Origin: Octopus sinensis
Taxonomy: Eukaryota
Length of the DNA: 64,000 bases
Direction: 5' to 3'
Assembly (NCBI RefSeq): GCF_006345805.1
Contig: NC_043014.1
Coordinates: 26,536,001 to 26,600,000 of the forward strand
Part shown: piece after piece, positions 61,963 through 64,000 of the stretch
Layout: every line of letters begins with the position of its first letter
Numbering within the stretch: the first letter of the stretch is position 1
Program-made: the position numbers and the translations under genes
The notes under the pieces: generated by a model
The model's database searches: none
Told to the model about the DNA's origin: nothing
Seen by the model: only the letters and a program-made list of their open reading frames with translations

Positions 61963-63171
61963 GAGAGTACTAAATTAGCATTGGTGTGCTTATAAATTCC
62001 TTTTCTTCGTCGGTGATTGTAGCAAGCACATGAAAATTTGTTTTCATTGTATGTAAATTTGCTTTTATGCCTGTATCTGCGTTTGAAAATTGAAATTTTT
62101 CTTCAAATTATCAAAACTAGCAATTGAGTATGATCTGGTACAAGCCAAAGTTGGGAGCCTCTATTTGGTCGGTTAAACTTCTATAACTAATAGTCAAATC
62201 TCCCTCAGATACCACCCTACGTCTTGTAAAAGGAAAAGAGACACTGGTTAATATAGTACAAGATAAACCGAAAAACATTAGCTGGACATAGTTGGAACAC
62301 CTCTGGTCATATATTTACGAAACCAGAACACAAAAAAGTGATATTACAAAATAGCTATCCTCGCGAGAAATGCACTGTATAGCAAACCAAAAACGCACGC
62401 AGAGAAACAAAACTAGAAATACTGAGGACACTGAAACAACAAAATATAAAGGTGCGACAATCTACCCCAGCCCCACACTCTGCAATAAACAGAATAGCGA
62501 TATACATCACGACAGATCCGCCATAATTGATATTGAGGTCGAGCTGAAAGAAAGGGGGAAAAAACGAAAAGAACATTAAAGAAAAGGAATAAACAAAACT
62601 CAGCATAACGAAGTACCTAAATTACAAAGGACTAAGTAGAAATATGAGGGAATAAATATAAGAGACCTGTAAAAATATATGCTCATGTGTATGTGTGTGT
62701 GTGTAAATATGTAGACACGTTATATGTGTATGTGTGTATGTTGTGTGTACTAGTACGTATGCATAACTAGATGAAGATTCTTTTAAAAGCGATTAATAAT
62801 TAAAAAAGAAATTTGTATTTAACAGAACGTCACTAACCTGTGTGAAAGTTATAGTTGAAAAACTAGCAGCACTTGAGAGCATATGCATTACAGTTGTAGC
62901 TGAGAAAAAAGTTAGCTGACAGGGAGGAGTGGAAGCCATCTGAATTTTGGGAAAGATTTAGCTGTACAATGATGATTCGCTCCCGGTGCCAAAATGCCGA
63001 CTTCATGACTTGCTCTATGCTCTGGGGACACCGTAAATGCTGTAAGATGTGTCTTTGATTTCATGAGAAACAAATGGAAAACAGGACAGGTAACTTAGAG
63101 AATGACTCTTCATTAGTTGTCAGCTGTGTAAGTACCCATCATTTCGAGCATTGAACGACAATATGAGACTT

Positions 63172-63376
63172 CGAAGACAGTTGCTCCCATAAGTACCAAA
63201 ATAAAATTTGGGATTTGTGGAGGGTCAAAGCTGGGGAAAAAAACAGATCAGTGGAGACATACAAGGGAGTCGAACGAAAACAAACACGGAAATTCGTATG
63301 TCTCCACTGTCCTGTTTTTGACCCTCTACAAAGTAAAAAAGAAATATTTTGGAAGTTATGAGAGCAACTGACTTCG
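63172..63376. mobile_element. MITE-like multi-segment hairpin
   Basis: Nested inverted segments: cgaagacagttgctc (14/15), tttgtggagggtcaaa (15/16) and cagtggagacatac (14/14). Confidence 0.7.
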
Positions 63377-63510
63377 GTCGGTCGTTCTTTATATTACCTG
63401 TCCTGTGTCCTCATTTCTAATTGCTTCTCTCGTTGTCTGCGTATTGAACTCATTTGTTCTCGTATTTCATGCTGTTTACTGCTGGTGACGTTCTGTACCC
63501 ATATTTTAAC

Positions 63511-63589
<79 letters not shown>

Positions 63590-63639
63590 ATATACATCAC
63601 CGTGATCACCGTGACCGACCAGGCTATCAGATTTGCTAC

Positions 63640-63910
63640 ACATCGCTGGTCACAAGGCGCTTCGCATTGTTTTAGTCTTCAAATGACGCCACCCCGCTGG
63701 CTAAGTGAGCAGGCCAACAGAAGAAAGAGTGAGAGAAAGTTGTGGCGAAAGAGTACAACAGGGGTCGCCACCCCCACCCCTCTGCTGGAGCCTCGGGGAA
63801 CTTTTAGGTGTTTTCGCTCAATAAACACTCACAACGCCCGGTCTGGGAATCGAAACCGCGATCCTACAACCGCGAGTCAACTGCCCTAACCATTGGGCCA
63901 TTGCGCCTCC
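63640..63910 (-). mobile_element. tRNA-derived SINE (family 3)
   Basis: Minus-strand head ggaggcgcaatggcccaatggttagggc...ggtttcgattcccagaccgg with A and B boxes. Confidence 0.85.
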
Positions 63911-63929
63911 ACACACACACACACACACA

Positions 63930-64000
<71 letters not shown>

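Noticed and set aside
62424-62440. CTGAGGA-CACT-GAAAC
   Set aside because: No stem II is possible and there is no NUH site with stems.
62968-63030. ATGATGA as a C/D snoRNA box C
   Set aside because: No D box or terminal stem was found nearby.
63830-63910. tRNA gene
   Set aside because: It has A and B boxes but no complete cloverleaf, and it continues into a SINE body.

Overview
AT-rich, microsatellite-saturated eukaryotic genomic DNA with no recognisable host-gene exon. The SINE families look like those I recall from Octopus, so a cephalopod origin is inferred, not proven. Nearly all non-microsatellite sequence is transposon-derived: a full-length TSD-flanked Tx1/L1 LINE nested in a Helitron, other Tx1 copies, CR1, RTE and R4 LINE remnants, Penelope-like elements (PLEs), four Helitrons, Tc1 DD36E, maT and Chapaev3 DNA transposons, a Gypsy gag relic and tRNA-derived SINEs. 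The most striking signal, read by hand, is a dense set of type I hammerhead ribozyme (HHR) motifs: about 17 candidates, 10 with intact CUGANGA/GAAA/NUH elements. Three sit in a 397-bp tandem array (8964-10001) with retrozyme architecture. Two sit back-to-back in a perfect 443-bp palindrome (35087-35529). Others lie at the breakpoints of long inverted duplications. All RNA folds were derived by eye and none has been tested computationally or biochemically.
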